DNA of 64,000 bases from Candidatus Melainabacteria bacterium 17Bon1m (GCA_032128875.1 JAVLKG010000004.1:672001-736000), one strand, 5' to 3'. Shown: positions 8,701 through 16,909, counted from the first letter of the stretch. Numbers and translations: made by a program. Notes: generated by a model from the letters alone, not told the origin.

Positions 8701-11212
8701 TCGCGTGACTGTTGTTATGGTCAACCCCGACGATCTTGCAGCCATGAACGACATCAAGTTCAGGCTAAAAGGCATGGAAATCAAGAAAGCCGTTTGTCTT
8801 GAGGACGACTTTGAGCATTTCTTGCGTACACACCTAGTCCAGTCAAACGGTGAACCGCATTTCGAAACTGCTGCGCCAACACTTCCAGCTGAAACTGTCC
8901 CAGTGAATGGGGCAGCACCGGCCGAGTCGATTGCGGAAGCACCACCTGCAGTGCAAGAGAATATTGAACTCACCCCGGTGGTTGAGGAAACTGCCGAACC
9001 TTCATTTGATGCAGTTCAACAATCGGAAGTTGAACCAGTCACCGCACCAGTCGCCACGACACCTGAAGCAACAGCTGCTGAGGTTCAAGCTGAACCAACT
9101 CCAGCTCCGGCACAGCCTGCTGCTGCTGCTGCTGCTGCTCCTGTTCCTGTTCCTGTTCCAGCACCAGAACCTGCCTCGCCTGCACCGGCACCGGCTCCGG
9201 CTCCAGCTCCAGAACCTCCCTCGCCTGCACCAGCTCCGGCTCCGTCTCCAGCACAAGCTCCTGCTGTTCCTTTTACTCAAGCCCCAGTTCCGACAGCAGC
9301 ACCTCCTACTCCTACTGTCGCGCCTGCGGCTGCGCAAGCCGCACCAACGCCAGCTCTCGCTGTGCCACCATCTCCCGCACCGGTCATTAATCCAGCCGCA
9401 ATTCCTTCTGTTGCGCCCGCGGTCACTACGACGCCCGCAGCACCAGTTGCACCGGCAGCGCCAAGTGCACCAGCTTCAACGTCTGCGCCGGTTCCGCCAG
9501 CGGTCCCACCGGTTCCAGGGATCGCCGCGTTGGCAAAACCACCGCTACCACAGACAGCTGGTGTACCACCTGTAATCAAACCAGCATCAGTCCCCGGAGC
9601 AACTCCTGTTCCGGCGAGGCCATTGCTGCAACCTACACTCCATGAGATCCCCGCGCACAAACCAGTCGCACCTACTCCGAGTACTCCGGCTCCCGCAGCC
9701 CCGACGGCGCAGACACCCTCTGCACCTCCGGCTTTGCCACCAGGTGTCGTTCCGCCAAAACCAATTTCTCCGCAACAAATTCCAAATCTAGCAAACCAAC
9801 CGCGCGTGAATTTACAGGCTCCCGCGCCAGGAGCAATAGCACCAACACCTCCAGCTCCTGCACCTGCGACTTCGACGCCAGCTCCTCAAGTTCAGCCGGG
9901 TCAAGTTCCAGGACAAGCACCACGAGTTCAACCGCCTGGTTTAGTTGCACCGCCCCCACCACAACCACCTGCACCTCCGGCACCTCCGGCACCGCCCGCA
10001 CCGGCACCATCAACTCCAACCATTCCGCCACAGGTTGCCCCGCCGCAGCCAGCTGTAATGCAGCCACTACCAAAAGTTCCACCACAACCGACTCCACCTG
10101 CAACTTCTCCAATGGCACCAACTCCGGCAGCACCTGCTCAGGTAGCTCCAACGCCGACGGCACCTGCACCAGCTCCGACTGTACCGGCTCCAGCATCTCC
10201 GGCTGCAGTCCCGACTCCTGCTCCATCCCCTACCGCACCTGCTCCAGCACCGGTGACAGCAGCTCCGGCACCACAGCTACAGGCAGCACCAGCTCCGCCT
10301 GCGCCGCCAGCTCCAACTCCTGCGTCACCGCAACCGGCTGTATTAGCGCCATTGCCTCAAGTTCCTGTTCAACCAGCACCACCGACAACCACCGCAACTC
10401 CAGTTGTTGCAGCACCTGCAATTCCGCCGCAAGCAGTTCCGCAAGCACCGGTACAACCTGCAGCAAGTGCGTCCGGTGCAAACCCTGCCGTTCCTCCACC
10501 ATCGGCGCCAGGAGCTCCAGGTGCGCCGATGCCTATGCCACGCATAAATCCCAATCAGATACCAGGTGTACGTGCTCAGCAACAGTCCTCTGGCTCAATC
10601 CCAGTTTTACAGCCGCCTCAACCTCCAGCTCCAGCAATTTCAGCGACACCAACAGCTCCAACACCTTCAGCACCTCCTGTAGCGCCTGCACCACAGGCAG
10701 TGCAGCCTGCTGTCACATTACCGCAGCCGTCCGCACCAGCTGCAATACCACCTGCTACTCCAGCGGCTCCTGTTACTCCAGCAGTTCCAGCTGCTCCAAC
10801 ACCTACAGCAGCTCCAGCCGCTCCAGCCGCACCTGCTGCGCCACCAACACCTCCCGGACCACCACCGCTGGATCCAAATCTGCTCTCGCTAGCCAGAGAC
10901 ATAATCAACAAAGCCGCAGACAATGGCTTTTCCGATGTGCACATCGAGCCTCAAGCTGCTGAACTCGAATTGCGCTATTGGTATGACGGAGCGTTAATCG
11001 AATCGACAAAGCTAGAAAAGCATATTCACGGCGAGCTGCTTCGTTGCTACAAATCCATCGCCGGTCTGTCTACCGAAGAAACAAAAAAACCGCAAGACAA
11101 ACGGTTGAAGTGGACTGATACTGGTGCAGAACTCGACATTCGTATCACAACAATTCCGTCGGAACACGGCGAAATGGTCGCCGTGTCAATAAAATTCGAC
11201 GACGAAGAATAA
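5741..11212 (+). CDS. Giant PilB/GspE-like protein: two MshEN/T2SSE_N modules, acidic and Pro/Ala-rich linkers, C-terminal PilB N2-like domain, no ATPase domain
   Basis: Modules at about 5741-6170 and 8420-8830 (LLP..V.....V.P....GNR.TV.MVNP...VC.EDDF). The C-terminus SDVHIEP...RYWYDG...IAGL...PQDKR...DIRITTIPSEHGEMV matches the PilB/GspE second N-terminal domain. No Walker A/B motif before the stop. Confidence 0.8.
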   Translation: MSSISKELAELLVDNGLLSDADLEQVEQEKEKTGEPLRIILERLNLATEKQLKNTLELQYGVNYLALHTISPELPVVDLLPADVISEHGVVPIHIDGNRLTVAMVNPDNSAAMKAIKANVSMDIKPLVCFEDDFKIFLDQIEKMRHMPDRPVAPVDDSEFGVETASDSGVADDTTGEAFEELPAEEFATEEAPAEQTQEADEAPTVIHEAADAVDFQKAEEEFAATEYSNDEVTADEVTSDTVTAAPSLTSGTYSAQYDTGSLDAIATPSVPTEELNSAPSDSFDRSLLDSIPSPSFDASALDSIPTPKAEASEPPEKPTQSGGMSAFLKGGNAPKKAASEPTQERSGGLSALRGMMGGKKGGKKNEPAPRQAAPPPPPPPPPPPPPPAASDSDDTAGGAEEPQGKSGLLSSKLGSAAHHLSAAKKFLKEKRTDSQPIATPEQKEEEAVPEWMNQIDENTPIGVDAAAEPTSERQEDAAEQVRSLSAEEQAVNDYYAEFGFDPTAEESQAEVASDEAPEATSETSAEVEASENIESSEVPATAPDYEIPPMDPGAANFMSWSSEQAESEEQAVNDALAEASEALAASTAAVEEALADAEEAWEEASAAADEAVAAGDISSDELPAFVQNTAEQEQPAEEASVEAETPSDDSPQEIAQEKAAVEEISAEEFALEESAPEVQEALSQEEPSVEEIAASEESVPTAAELEAEAAPEDTAALLDEMSALADTLADTDIPEAPAHEEVASELAAAPVAETSEMPDDSEFAESADWGDAAAEESIAAVAETPEAPVAEATDEQPLVTPAASEAQPVAAVDDEFNLDDSEFLSGVEELQAMAELSFNDQTGEKSAEADEFDGITDWGEEAPAVENLMSSLSSAAGEDKPAEEARDAGEAPPFLQEELLVEMDVITEGQIPSIRRELLTTGQSLSVVLERMGIAGEMELSDAFDMQFGAGYISLASMSIDAEVLNLLPAKVVEQRRVLPVGKSGNRVTVVMVNPDDLAAMNDIKFRLKGMEIKKAVCLEDDFEHFLRTHLVQSNGEPHFETAAPTLPAETVPVNGAAPAESIAEAPPAVQENIELTPVVEETAEPSFDAVQQSEVEPVTAPVATTPEATAAEVQAEPTPAPAQPAAAAAAAPVPVPVPAPEPASPAPAPAPAPAPEPPSPAPAPAPSPAQAPAVPFTQAPVPTAAPPTPTVAPAAAQAAPTPALAVPPSPAPVINPAAIPSVAPAVTTTPAAPVAPAAPSAPASTSAPVPPAVPPVPGIAALAKPPLPQTAGVPPVIKPASVPGATPVPARPLLQPTLHEIPAHKPVAPTPSTPAPAAPTAQTPSAPPALPPGVVPPKPISPQQIPNLANQPRVNLQAPAPGAIAPTPPAPAPATSTPAPQVQPGQVPGQAPRVQPPGLVAPPPPQPPAPPAPPAPPAPAPSTPTIPPQVAPPQPAVMQPLPKVPPQPTPPATSPMAPTPAAPAQVAPTPTAPAPAPTVPAPASPAAVPTPAPSPTAPAPAPVTAAPAPQLQAAPAPPAPPAPTPASPQPAVLAPLPQVPVQPAPPTTTATPVVAAPAIPPQAVPQAPVQPAASASGANPAVPPPSAPGAPGAPMPMPRINPNQIPGVRAQQQSSGSIPVLQPPQPPAPAISATPTAPTPSAPPVAPAPQAVQPAVTLPQPSAPAAIPPATPAAPVTPAVPAAPTPTAAPAAPAAPAAPPTPPGPPPLDPNLLSLARDIINKAADNGFSDVHIEPQAAELELRYWYDGALIESTKLEKHIHGELLRCYKSIAGLSTEETKKPQDKRLKWTDTGAELDIRITTIPSEHGEMVAVSIKFDDEE
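9110..10870 (+). repeat. In-frame low-complexity Pro/Ala/Thr/Gln coding repeats within 5741..11212
   Basis: (GCT)n poly-Ala followed by (CCTGTT)3 near 9119-9157; tandem near-duplicate PEPASPAPAPAPAP/PEPPSPAPAPAPSP; recurring PQPAV..PLP.VP.QP.PP. Confidence 0.75.
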
Positions 11213-11261
11213 GACGAATCGAACGTGCGAAATGAAAATTTGAACGAGCGAGGCTAAGGTC

Positions 11262-12224
11262 TTAAAGCAAACTCGGTGCGATCATCTGCAATTCGCGTTT
11301 CATTTCGAGAATGTTTTGAAATCTTCTTTCTGGATCTTTTTCCAAAGCGGTCATTACACAATTGTTCAAAACTGCCGGAAAGTCCTTTTGCGTGCAGACT
11401 TGATGCAAAGGTTTGGGCTTTTCTTGTATATGCTTCATGCCGAGTTGTTTTGCATCTGTCGCAGAAAATGGAGCGTGTCCGGTTAGTGCTTTGAATAGGA
11501 CGCATCCAAGTGAATAAATGTCGGATCGTGCATCGACTCGTTTTCCTTGCAAAAGCTCAGGGCTGGGGAATCCGCACCGACGAAACAATCCCGGAGTATC
11601 ATTTGTGTTGTGAACATGCTCGCCCACACGCACACTTTCGTAGAAATCAATCAGCTTTACGCTCACTTCGTTCTTGCTGGGAAAGTTGACCATTATATGA
11701 TTCGGCTTCACAGCCAAATGAACGTATTCCTGTTTGTGGGCGGCATTTAGAGCATCGCACACACGGCTCATTGCGGTTATGATCTCCGCCATTTCAATTT
11801 CTTCTCGCCGCAAAAGCGCATCTAGCGACGAGCCTTCGCAGTATTCACCGACCTGAAAAGGTGCATTGCCAGGCAATAAACCGACGTCGAAAATATTGGC
11901 TATCGCCTCGTCGTTGACTTGGCTAATGATTTTCGCTTCGTAGTTGAATTTCTCGACAAAATCAGCCAACCCTCTCAAATTGGGAAGCAGAATCTTCATC
12001 ACAACAGTTCGATCGAAAAGCTTGTGATGTGCCTTGTATACTGCACTTTTGCCGCCCTTGATGGGACCGGCAACAAGATCATAGCCATTGCCTACAGTGG
12101 TATTGATCTGTGGCAACGTATCATCAACAACAGCCTGGTCTACTTCAACTAAGAATGCGCCGTCTTTAGGACAGGTCACACCAGTTGTTTGCGTTGATGC
12201 CTGGCAATTTGGACACCACTTCAC
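11262..12224 (-). CDS. Hanks-type Ser/Thr kinase homolog, probable pseudokinase, with an N-terminal Cys-rich knuckle
   Basis: Kinase subdomains are recognisable (VVMKIL, F..EAKIISQV, DARSDIYSLGCVLF..LTG.APF, EKDPERRF). The catalytic loop reads HLAVKPNH and DFG reads DFY. Start taken as GTG 12224 (MKWCPNC) because AGGAGA lies 6 nt upstream; the ORF track starts at 12251. Confidence 0.85.
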   Translation of the reverse strand: MKWCPNCQASTQTTGVTCPKDGAFLVEVDQAVVDDTLPQINTTVGNGYDLVAGPIKGGKSAVYKAHHKLFDRTVVMKILLPNLRGLADFVEKFNYEAKIISQVNDEAIANIFDVGLLPGNAPFQVGEYCEGSSLDALLRREEIEMAEIITAMSRVCDALNAAHKQEYVHLAVKPNHIMVNFPSKNEVSVKLIDFYESVRVGEHVHNTNDTPGLFRRCGFPSPELLQGKRVDARSDIYSLGCVLFKALTGHAPFSATDAKQLGMKHIQEKPKPLHQVCTQKDFPAVLNNCVMTALEKDPERRFQNILEMKRELQMIAPSLL

Positions 12225-12268
12225 TGGATCTCTCCTCTGGGACTTTCGCAATCGTTAAGCCAAGTTGG

Positions 12269-12323
12269 CAGGAGAGCCGATACTCTCCTGATGAAAACCT
12301 TCAGGGATAAAATCCCAGGAAGG
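12269..12323 (-). terminator. Two adjacent hairpins between the caspase-TPR gene and the pseudokinase; possible terminator or attenuator
   Basis: Minus strand: CCTTCCTGGGATTTTATCCCTGAAGG-TTTT, then CAGGAGAG-TATCGG-CTCTCCTG (perfect 8-bp stem). Confidence 0.4.
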
Positions 12324-12413
12324 CCAGATAAAAGGCTCACTTTCTGTTTTTAGCCCACAGAATGATGCTCAGTAACACCTTAAGGCGTTCGGTTCAGATA
12401 AATTGAGAAAATT

Positions 12414-14186
12414 TCACTGAGAAAGCTCCGACAGGCGGCGTTTTGCCGCCGGCAAGCGGGAGTCGGTTTGAGTTGCAGACTCTATGAACTTTGAAAGCTC
12501 GGTCTTGGCGCCAGACTTATCGCCGAGCTTCTCCAGAGCGCGGCTCAACCCAAAATGACCTTCAGGGTCAGCGGGGTTAATGTTGGTCGCCTCACGGTAA
12601 GCATCTGCCGCACCTTTCAAATCTCCATCACTAAGCAAGGTGGAGCCGAGATTAATGCGAGCAGATGAAAGCTTCGGATTGAGGGTTACTGCCTTCCTGG
12701 CGTGTTCGATTGCCTGCGGCAAAGCGTTTGCACGGAAAAGCGCGACGCTGATCGAGTTGTGCAAATCTGCACTCTCTGGATAGAGCGTAAGCGCTTCTTG
12801 CAAATATCTGATGGAGCCTGTATTGTCGCCAGTTTTAGAAGAAGCCTCCGACATCGCGAGGAGAATATCCTTATCTCGTGGATTGAGGCGATAAGCGAGG
12901 TTCATCACATTCATGTACTCGTCTGGCTTATTGAGCTTTCTCAATGCGCGTGCATAGTTGTATGCAAAGAGTGAATCATGGGGGTTTGCTTTCAATGCGC
13001 GATTGAACATTTCCGCAGCTTCTTCCCAGTTGCCTTTGTAGCCGAGCACTGTGCCGTAATCGCTGAGAACATCAGCATATGTCGGATCTATCTTCAGCGC
13101 TTCCTTATACTCTGCAATCGCATCGTCCATCTTGTTGTTCACTACAAAAGTGTTGGCTTTTATGTAATGCGCCTCGGCTGATAGAAATGCATTAACGCCG
13201 GATGGAATACCAGAAACTTGCTCTGACTGCGGAACACCAAGCACCAAATCATTTCCTGTCCAGTTCGATTTAAGAACAGGCGATTGCTTCTTGCCACCTT
13301 TGCTGTAGTGCGCGGTCTTAAACTCGGTCATTTCCTTTGCTTTCGCAAATGCTTCATTGAGCGGAACAAGACCGTTTTTCGCGCGCAGACACTCAATCAG
13401 GCTCGAGGAAAAATCGTCACCATACGTTTCCTCATTCGGACGACTGGAAGACAGAATAATGTTTCCCTTGCCCATAACCACTTTATCGAGATCGATGTTA
13501 AAGCCGTGGAAGAGCGCTTTTGCACCAGACTCTAAGCTCGCTGCACCGGAATATTTTGATTCCAAAACGAGCACAACTCTATCTGTTTTGACATTCTTCT
13601 TAAGCGTGCTCATCAAGTCTTGCATCGAAAAGCAAGTTCCATAGACATTGGTCAGAGCCGCATCATATGCCGCAAGGAATGTCCCGCCTTCAATCATCGG
13701 AAAGGCTTCGGTAGCCATGAATACGACTACCAAATCGTCCGGTCCAGCTAATTGCCCTAACCACTTATTACCGAGGGTGTTCAAAACATTTGCACGGGTA
13801 GCGCTTGTGTTGACCAATAAGCGCACATGTTCTTTGTCGAAGCGCCCGCCATTTGGATCGATGAGATATTTATAGAAGTTGTGGGCAGCCTTATCCATGA
13901 CGAGATCATCGGCAACCAAGCGCTTTTCGGCGAAGTTGGATATCCCTACGACTACCGCCCACTTCTGTTTTACAGGACGATTTGTTGCCGAGTTGGGATT
14001 GATATCTTGCATCTGGGTAAATTGAATACCCTGCCCAGGCCCTTCAGGGACCGGCATGGATGTTGTATCCGCAGATATCGCAGCAATTGGGAAAGTGAAT
14101 GCAAGCGTCGCCAGTGCCATCAATGACGCCAATGAAACTCTGCTACGTGCCTTGATCTCTTTCGCGTTTTTGTACAAAGCGGTCAT
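12414..14186 (-). CDS. Secreted caspase-fold (peptidase C14-like) domain plus C-terminal TPRs; catalytic dyad lost
   Basis: N-terminal signal-like segment; KWAVVVGISNF, VRLLVN..ATRANV, PDDLVVVF, DRVVLVL..YSG and GNIILSSS match the caspase-like fold. The His-Gly site reads ATEA and the DAC site reads ESK. Several TPRs follow. Confidence 0.8.
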   Translation of the reverse strand: MTALYKNAKEIKARSRVSLASLMALATLAFTFPIAAISADTTSMPVPEGPGQGIQFTQMQDINPNSATNRPVKQKWAVVVGISNFAEKRLVADDLVMDKAAHNFYKYLIDPNGGRFDKEHVRLLVNTSATRANVLNTLGNKWLGQLAGPDDLVVVFMATEAFPMIEGGTFLAAYDAALTNVYGTCFSMQDLMSTLKKNVKTDRVVLVLESKYSGAASLESGAKALFHGFNIDLDKVVMGKGNIILSSSRPNEETYGDDFSSSLIECLRAKNGLVPLNEAFAKAKEMTEFKTAHYSKGGKKQSPVLKSNWTGNDLVLGVPQSEQVSGIPSGVNAFLSAEAHYIKANTFVVNNKMDDAIAEYKEALKIDPTYADVLSDYGTVLGYKGNWEEAAEMFNRALKANPHDSLFAYNYARALRKLNKPDEYMNVMNLAYRLNPRDKDILLAMSEASSKTGDNTGSIRYLQEALTLYPESADLHNSISVALFRANALPQAIEHARKAVTLNPKLSSARINLGSTLLSDGDLKGAADAYREATNINPADPEGHFGLSRALEKLGDKSGAKTELSKFIESATQTDSRLPAAKRRLSELSQ

Positions 14187-14240
14187 GAATTACATCCTTT
14201 TATATTGATCGAATTAGACAATCAAAACCGAGACAGCCGT

Positions 14241-15872
14241 CTATTTATGCGCAAGTGCGATGTCTACGGCGAGCATTCCAGCATCAAGACAGACAAGTCT
14301 CGTCACGTTGGTCTTATTCTGGGCGATTGTGGTTGATTCTGCGACGTCGGCAGAAATGATATTAGGCGCTTCAGAATCGAATGAAAGCTTCATTCGCGTA
14401 GGCACTATGTCCTTCGCACCAGTCTCGCCGATATACGCAACTTCAATGCGATCGTTGGTGAACCTCTGCGTGTCTACCTTTTGCTTTGAGAAAACCAGGC
14501 TTAGTTTTTCGATGCCTGGCGTGTTGTCGAATGCCAACCAACCTTCATAAGGAAGCGGATAGTCCACATCAGCTCTCAATATATGGTTTGCCTTTTCCTG
14601 AGGCGGATAGAGCACAGCTTTGCCGCCGCTCGATCCTTGCTTAAGAACAACATACGCATATCCGTCTACTTCTGGAATTACGTGAAAACGAATCTGGTCG
14701 CCTGATTTGAACGCTGTCCGGCTGTTGCAGCGAAATCTCTTGCCGCCGCGTTGCAGTTCGATCCAATAAGCAATGCCGTTGCTTGCTTCGGTTTCTCCAA
14801 CAGCATCAATTGGCGACGACATTGCTATTTGTTCTTGCGGTTTAGCATGATTTCTGTCTTTGTCTTTGCTGGCAATTTGAATGTCGGCAAACTGTGGATT
14901 GTCTTTGTTGGACGCGACTGTATTGGGGGCGCTCATCGCCAGAACCGAATCGGGCAAAGCAGTCACGTTTTTATCAACCCAACTGAGAACATAGCTGACA
15001 ATTTTGTCGTTGAACTGATCGCTTTCGAAGAGCAAGTGTTCAGAACTACCACTAAGTACAAACTGACTGTTGGGCGTTCCAAGAGCTTTTTTGAGAGCAA
15101 AGGTTCCAGCCGGTAAAACAAGATTGTCCTTGCCACCTTGCACGAAGAGAACTGGTGACTTATTCACCAAATGAGCCATGTTTTCGTTTTCACCCATGAA
15201 GTTCTTAAACTGAATCAATTCGTTTGGCGAAAACTCCATTCGAGCCAGCGGGTCGTTTTTCCACTGCTGTCTTAACTTTTCGTCGGTGGTGGCGCGTTTA
15301 ACAACCATCTTGCCTACATTAATGTTGGCATCAAAACCTCGGAAGATTGCGTTCAAACCAATGTGCAATTCGCTGTCTGAGCCCTGATAGCGGTCGCCCG
15401 ATGGGACAGAACAAATCAGACCCGCGACCTTGTCCTGGTTGAGAGCTGCCGCATGAAGTGCGAAAGCCCCACCCATTGACTCACCAGCAAGAATAATCGG
15501 CAGATCCGGATACTTAGTCTTAATCGCCGTCAAGATTGCGTTGCAGTCATTGAGTGCACCTTTCAGGTCAACCTTCTGATACTGCTTGTATTTTTGCCAT
15601 TCGCCAAAACCACGCACATCCATGGCGTAAGTGATGATGCCCTCTTTGGCGAGACGTTTGCCAAAACCTTCATAATTGCCTTTATGCAATCCCAAGCCGT
15701 GAATGCAGAGCATTACTGCTCTTGGAGTTACGTCGGGATCTGCCCAGCTCGAAACAGGAACGTTGACGGAAGGCTGGGAGGCAGAATTCTTAGAGGCTGC
15801 CATAGCTATCGTGTCGGGCAGCGCCAACCCACAAAGGAGTGTAAATGCCAGGCAAGTTGCAATGTGCTTCAT
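14241..15872 (-). CDS. Secreted alpha/beta hydrolase (lysophospholipase/monoglyceride lipase-like) fused to a C-terminal DUF4384 domain
   Basis: Signal peptide; LCIHGLG, DVRGFG, nucleophile elbow GESMGG, QGGKDNLV, EHLL. C-terminal FKSGDQIRFHV.PEVDGYAYVV..GSSG...LYP...FDNTPGIEKLSLVFS is DUF4384-like. Confidence 0.85.
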   Translation of the reverse strand: MKHIATCLAFTLLCGLALPDTIAMAASKNSASQPSVNVPVSSWADPDVTPRAVMLCIHGLGLHKGNYEGFGKRLAKEGIITYAMDVRGFGEWQKYKQYQKVDLKGALNDCNAILTAIKTKYPDLPIILAGESMGGAFALHAAALNQDKVAGLICSVPSGDRYQGSDSELHIGLNAIFRGFDANINVGKMVVKRATTDEKLRQQWKNDPLARMEFSPNELIQFKNFMGENENMAHLVNKSPVLFVQGGKDNLVLPAGTFALKKALGTPNSQFVLSGSSEHLLFESDQFNDKIVSYVLSWVDKNVTALPDSVLAMSAPNTVASNKDNPQFADIQIASKDKDRNHAKPQEQIAMSSPIDAVGETEASNGIAYWIELQRGGKRFRCNSRTAFKSGDQIRFHVIPEVDGYAYVVLKQGSSGGKAVLYPPQEKANHILRADVDYPLPYEGWLAFDNTPGIEKLSLVFSKQKVDTQRFTNDRIEVAYIGETGAKDIVPTRMKLSFDSEAPNIISADVAESTTIAQNKTNVTRLVCLDAGMLAVDIALAHK

Positions 15873-15956
15873 CAGTGCTCCGGAATAAGTGATTGTATGG
15901 TCAATCCTGAGGTCTTCTTACCTTCAGATATCTTCCTTACGCGATCCCGGAAAAAA

Positions 15957-16622
15957 TTAGGGGGAACGCTTGAAAGCAGGTATATCGTGCATTGTAGAGC
16001 GCATCCGTCCAGAAACGCGACCCATTACGCATGTTTTTAAATATTCCGCTTCATCAAGGCGACCCATTGCAAGAAGGAGCGCCGCATAGTTTTCAAGAAC
16101 GTTGATTACATCGGGATGTTCGGCACTAAGCTTAATGGTACGAACATCAAGAGCACGCTTGTATAGAGGCTCCGCATCATCGTATAAATTCTGCGTGTGA
16201 TAAAGCATCGCGAGATTTACCGCTATGGTAGCCACATCAAGATGATCCTTGCCGAGAATTCTTTCGTAGATGTTGAGAATCTTAGTGCAAATAGGCACCG
16301 CCTCACGGTATCGGCTTTGCTCGTAGTAGAGACCGGCAAGGTCATTCATTGCATTGGCGACTTCCAGATTGCCTGGTCCGAACTGTTCTGTTTTTAACGT
16401 GATAACTTGTTCGAGCACCTGCTGGGCCTCGGAGAATTTATGCTGGTTGGAAAGTGACTCCCCCAGCTTCGAAAGCATCTGGCAACGACGCTGATCCTTT
16501 GCAGGAAAAGCGGTTTCCGCAATTTGAGCGGCATGGCGATAAGACGCCTCAGCCTGCGCAAAATTTCCCTGCGCCAAGCACTTTTCGGCTTCTTGCCTGG
16601 CTCTATCGAAATCCTGACTCAT
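15957..16622 (-). CDS. TPR protein (kinesin-light-chain-like repeats)
   Basis: VANAMNDLAGLYYEQSRYREA...ILGKDHLDVATIAVNLAMLY..Q..YDDAEPLYKRAL. Start set at ATG 16622; the ORF track extends to 16664. Confidence 0.85.
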   Translation of the reverse strand: MSQDFDRARQEAEKCLAQGNFAQAEASYRHAAQIAETAFPAKDQRRCQMLSKLGESLSNQHKFSEAQQVLEQVITLKTEQFGPGNLEVANAMNDLAGLYYEQSRYREAVPICTKILNIYERILGKDHLDVATIAVNLAMLYHTQNLYDDAEPLYKRALDVRTIKLSAEHPDVINVLENYAALLLAMGRLDEAEYLKTCVMGRVSGRMRSTMHDIPAFKRSP

Positions 16623-16760
16623 TGGGTTTATGCCCCCACCTGCATGTACCCTGGCTAAAGCCATCGGCTTCAGCGCACTATTCTATTGTGTTTTGCCCAG
16701 TGAGTCGCCGGTTGCACCTCCAGCTTTCAAAAAATCCATTGCAAATTTCGAAAGTTCTGG

Positions 16761-16780
16761 TACCGTATTTATGTACGGTA
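16761..16780. promoter_or_regulatory. Perfect 7-bp inverted repeat in the divergent promoter region of lhr; possible operator
   Basis: TACCGTA-TTTATG-TACGGTA. Confidence 0.3.
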
Positions 16781-16909
16781 GTCGATTCGAATGCAGGTCA
16801 ATTGGAGGCTCCGCCAGATTCGGTGGGTCTTTGGATGGCTTTGCATAAATTTTGCTTGTAAATCGGCTTACCTAGCGGGAAATCACCTCAACACCTACAA
16901 TGAACGCCT

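Noticed and set aside
9119-9157. (GCT)n and (CCTGTT)3 microsatellites as a phase-variation switch
   Set aside because: Unit lengths are multiples of three, so slippage changes linker length only.
8907-10944. Many long alternative-frame and antisense ORFs over the Pro/Ala-rich region (also at 24830-25936 and 30228-30978)
   Set aside because: Expected shadows of low-complexity codon usage with few stops; no protein-like features.
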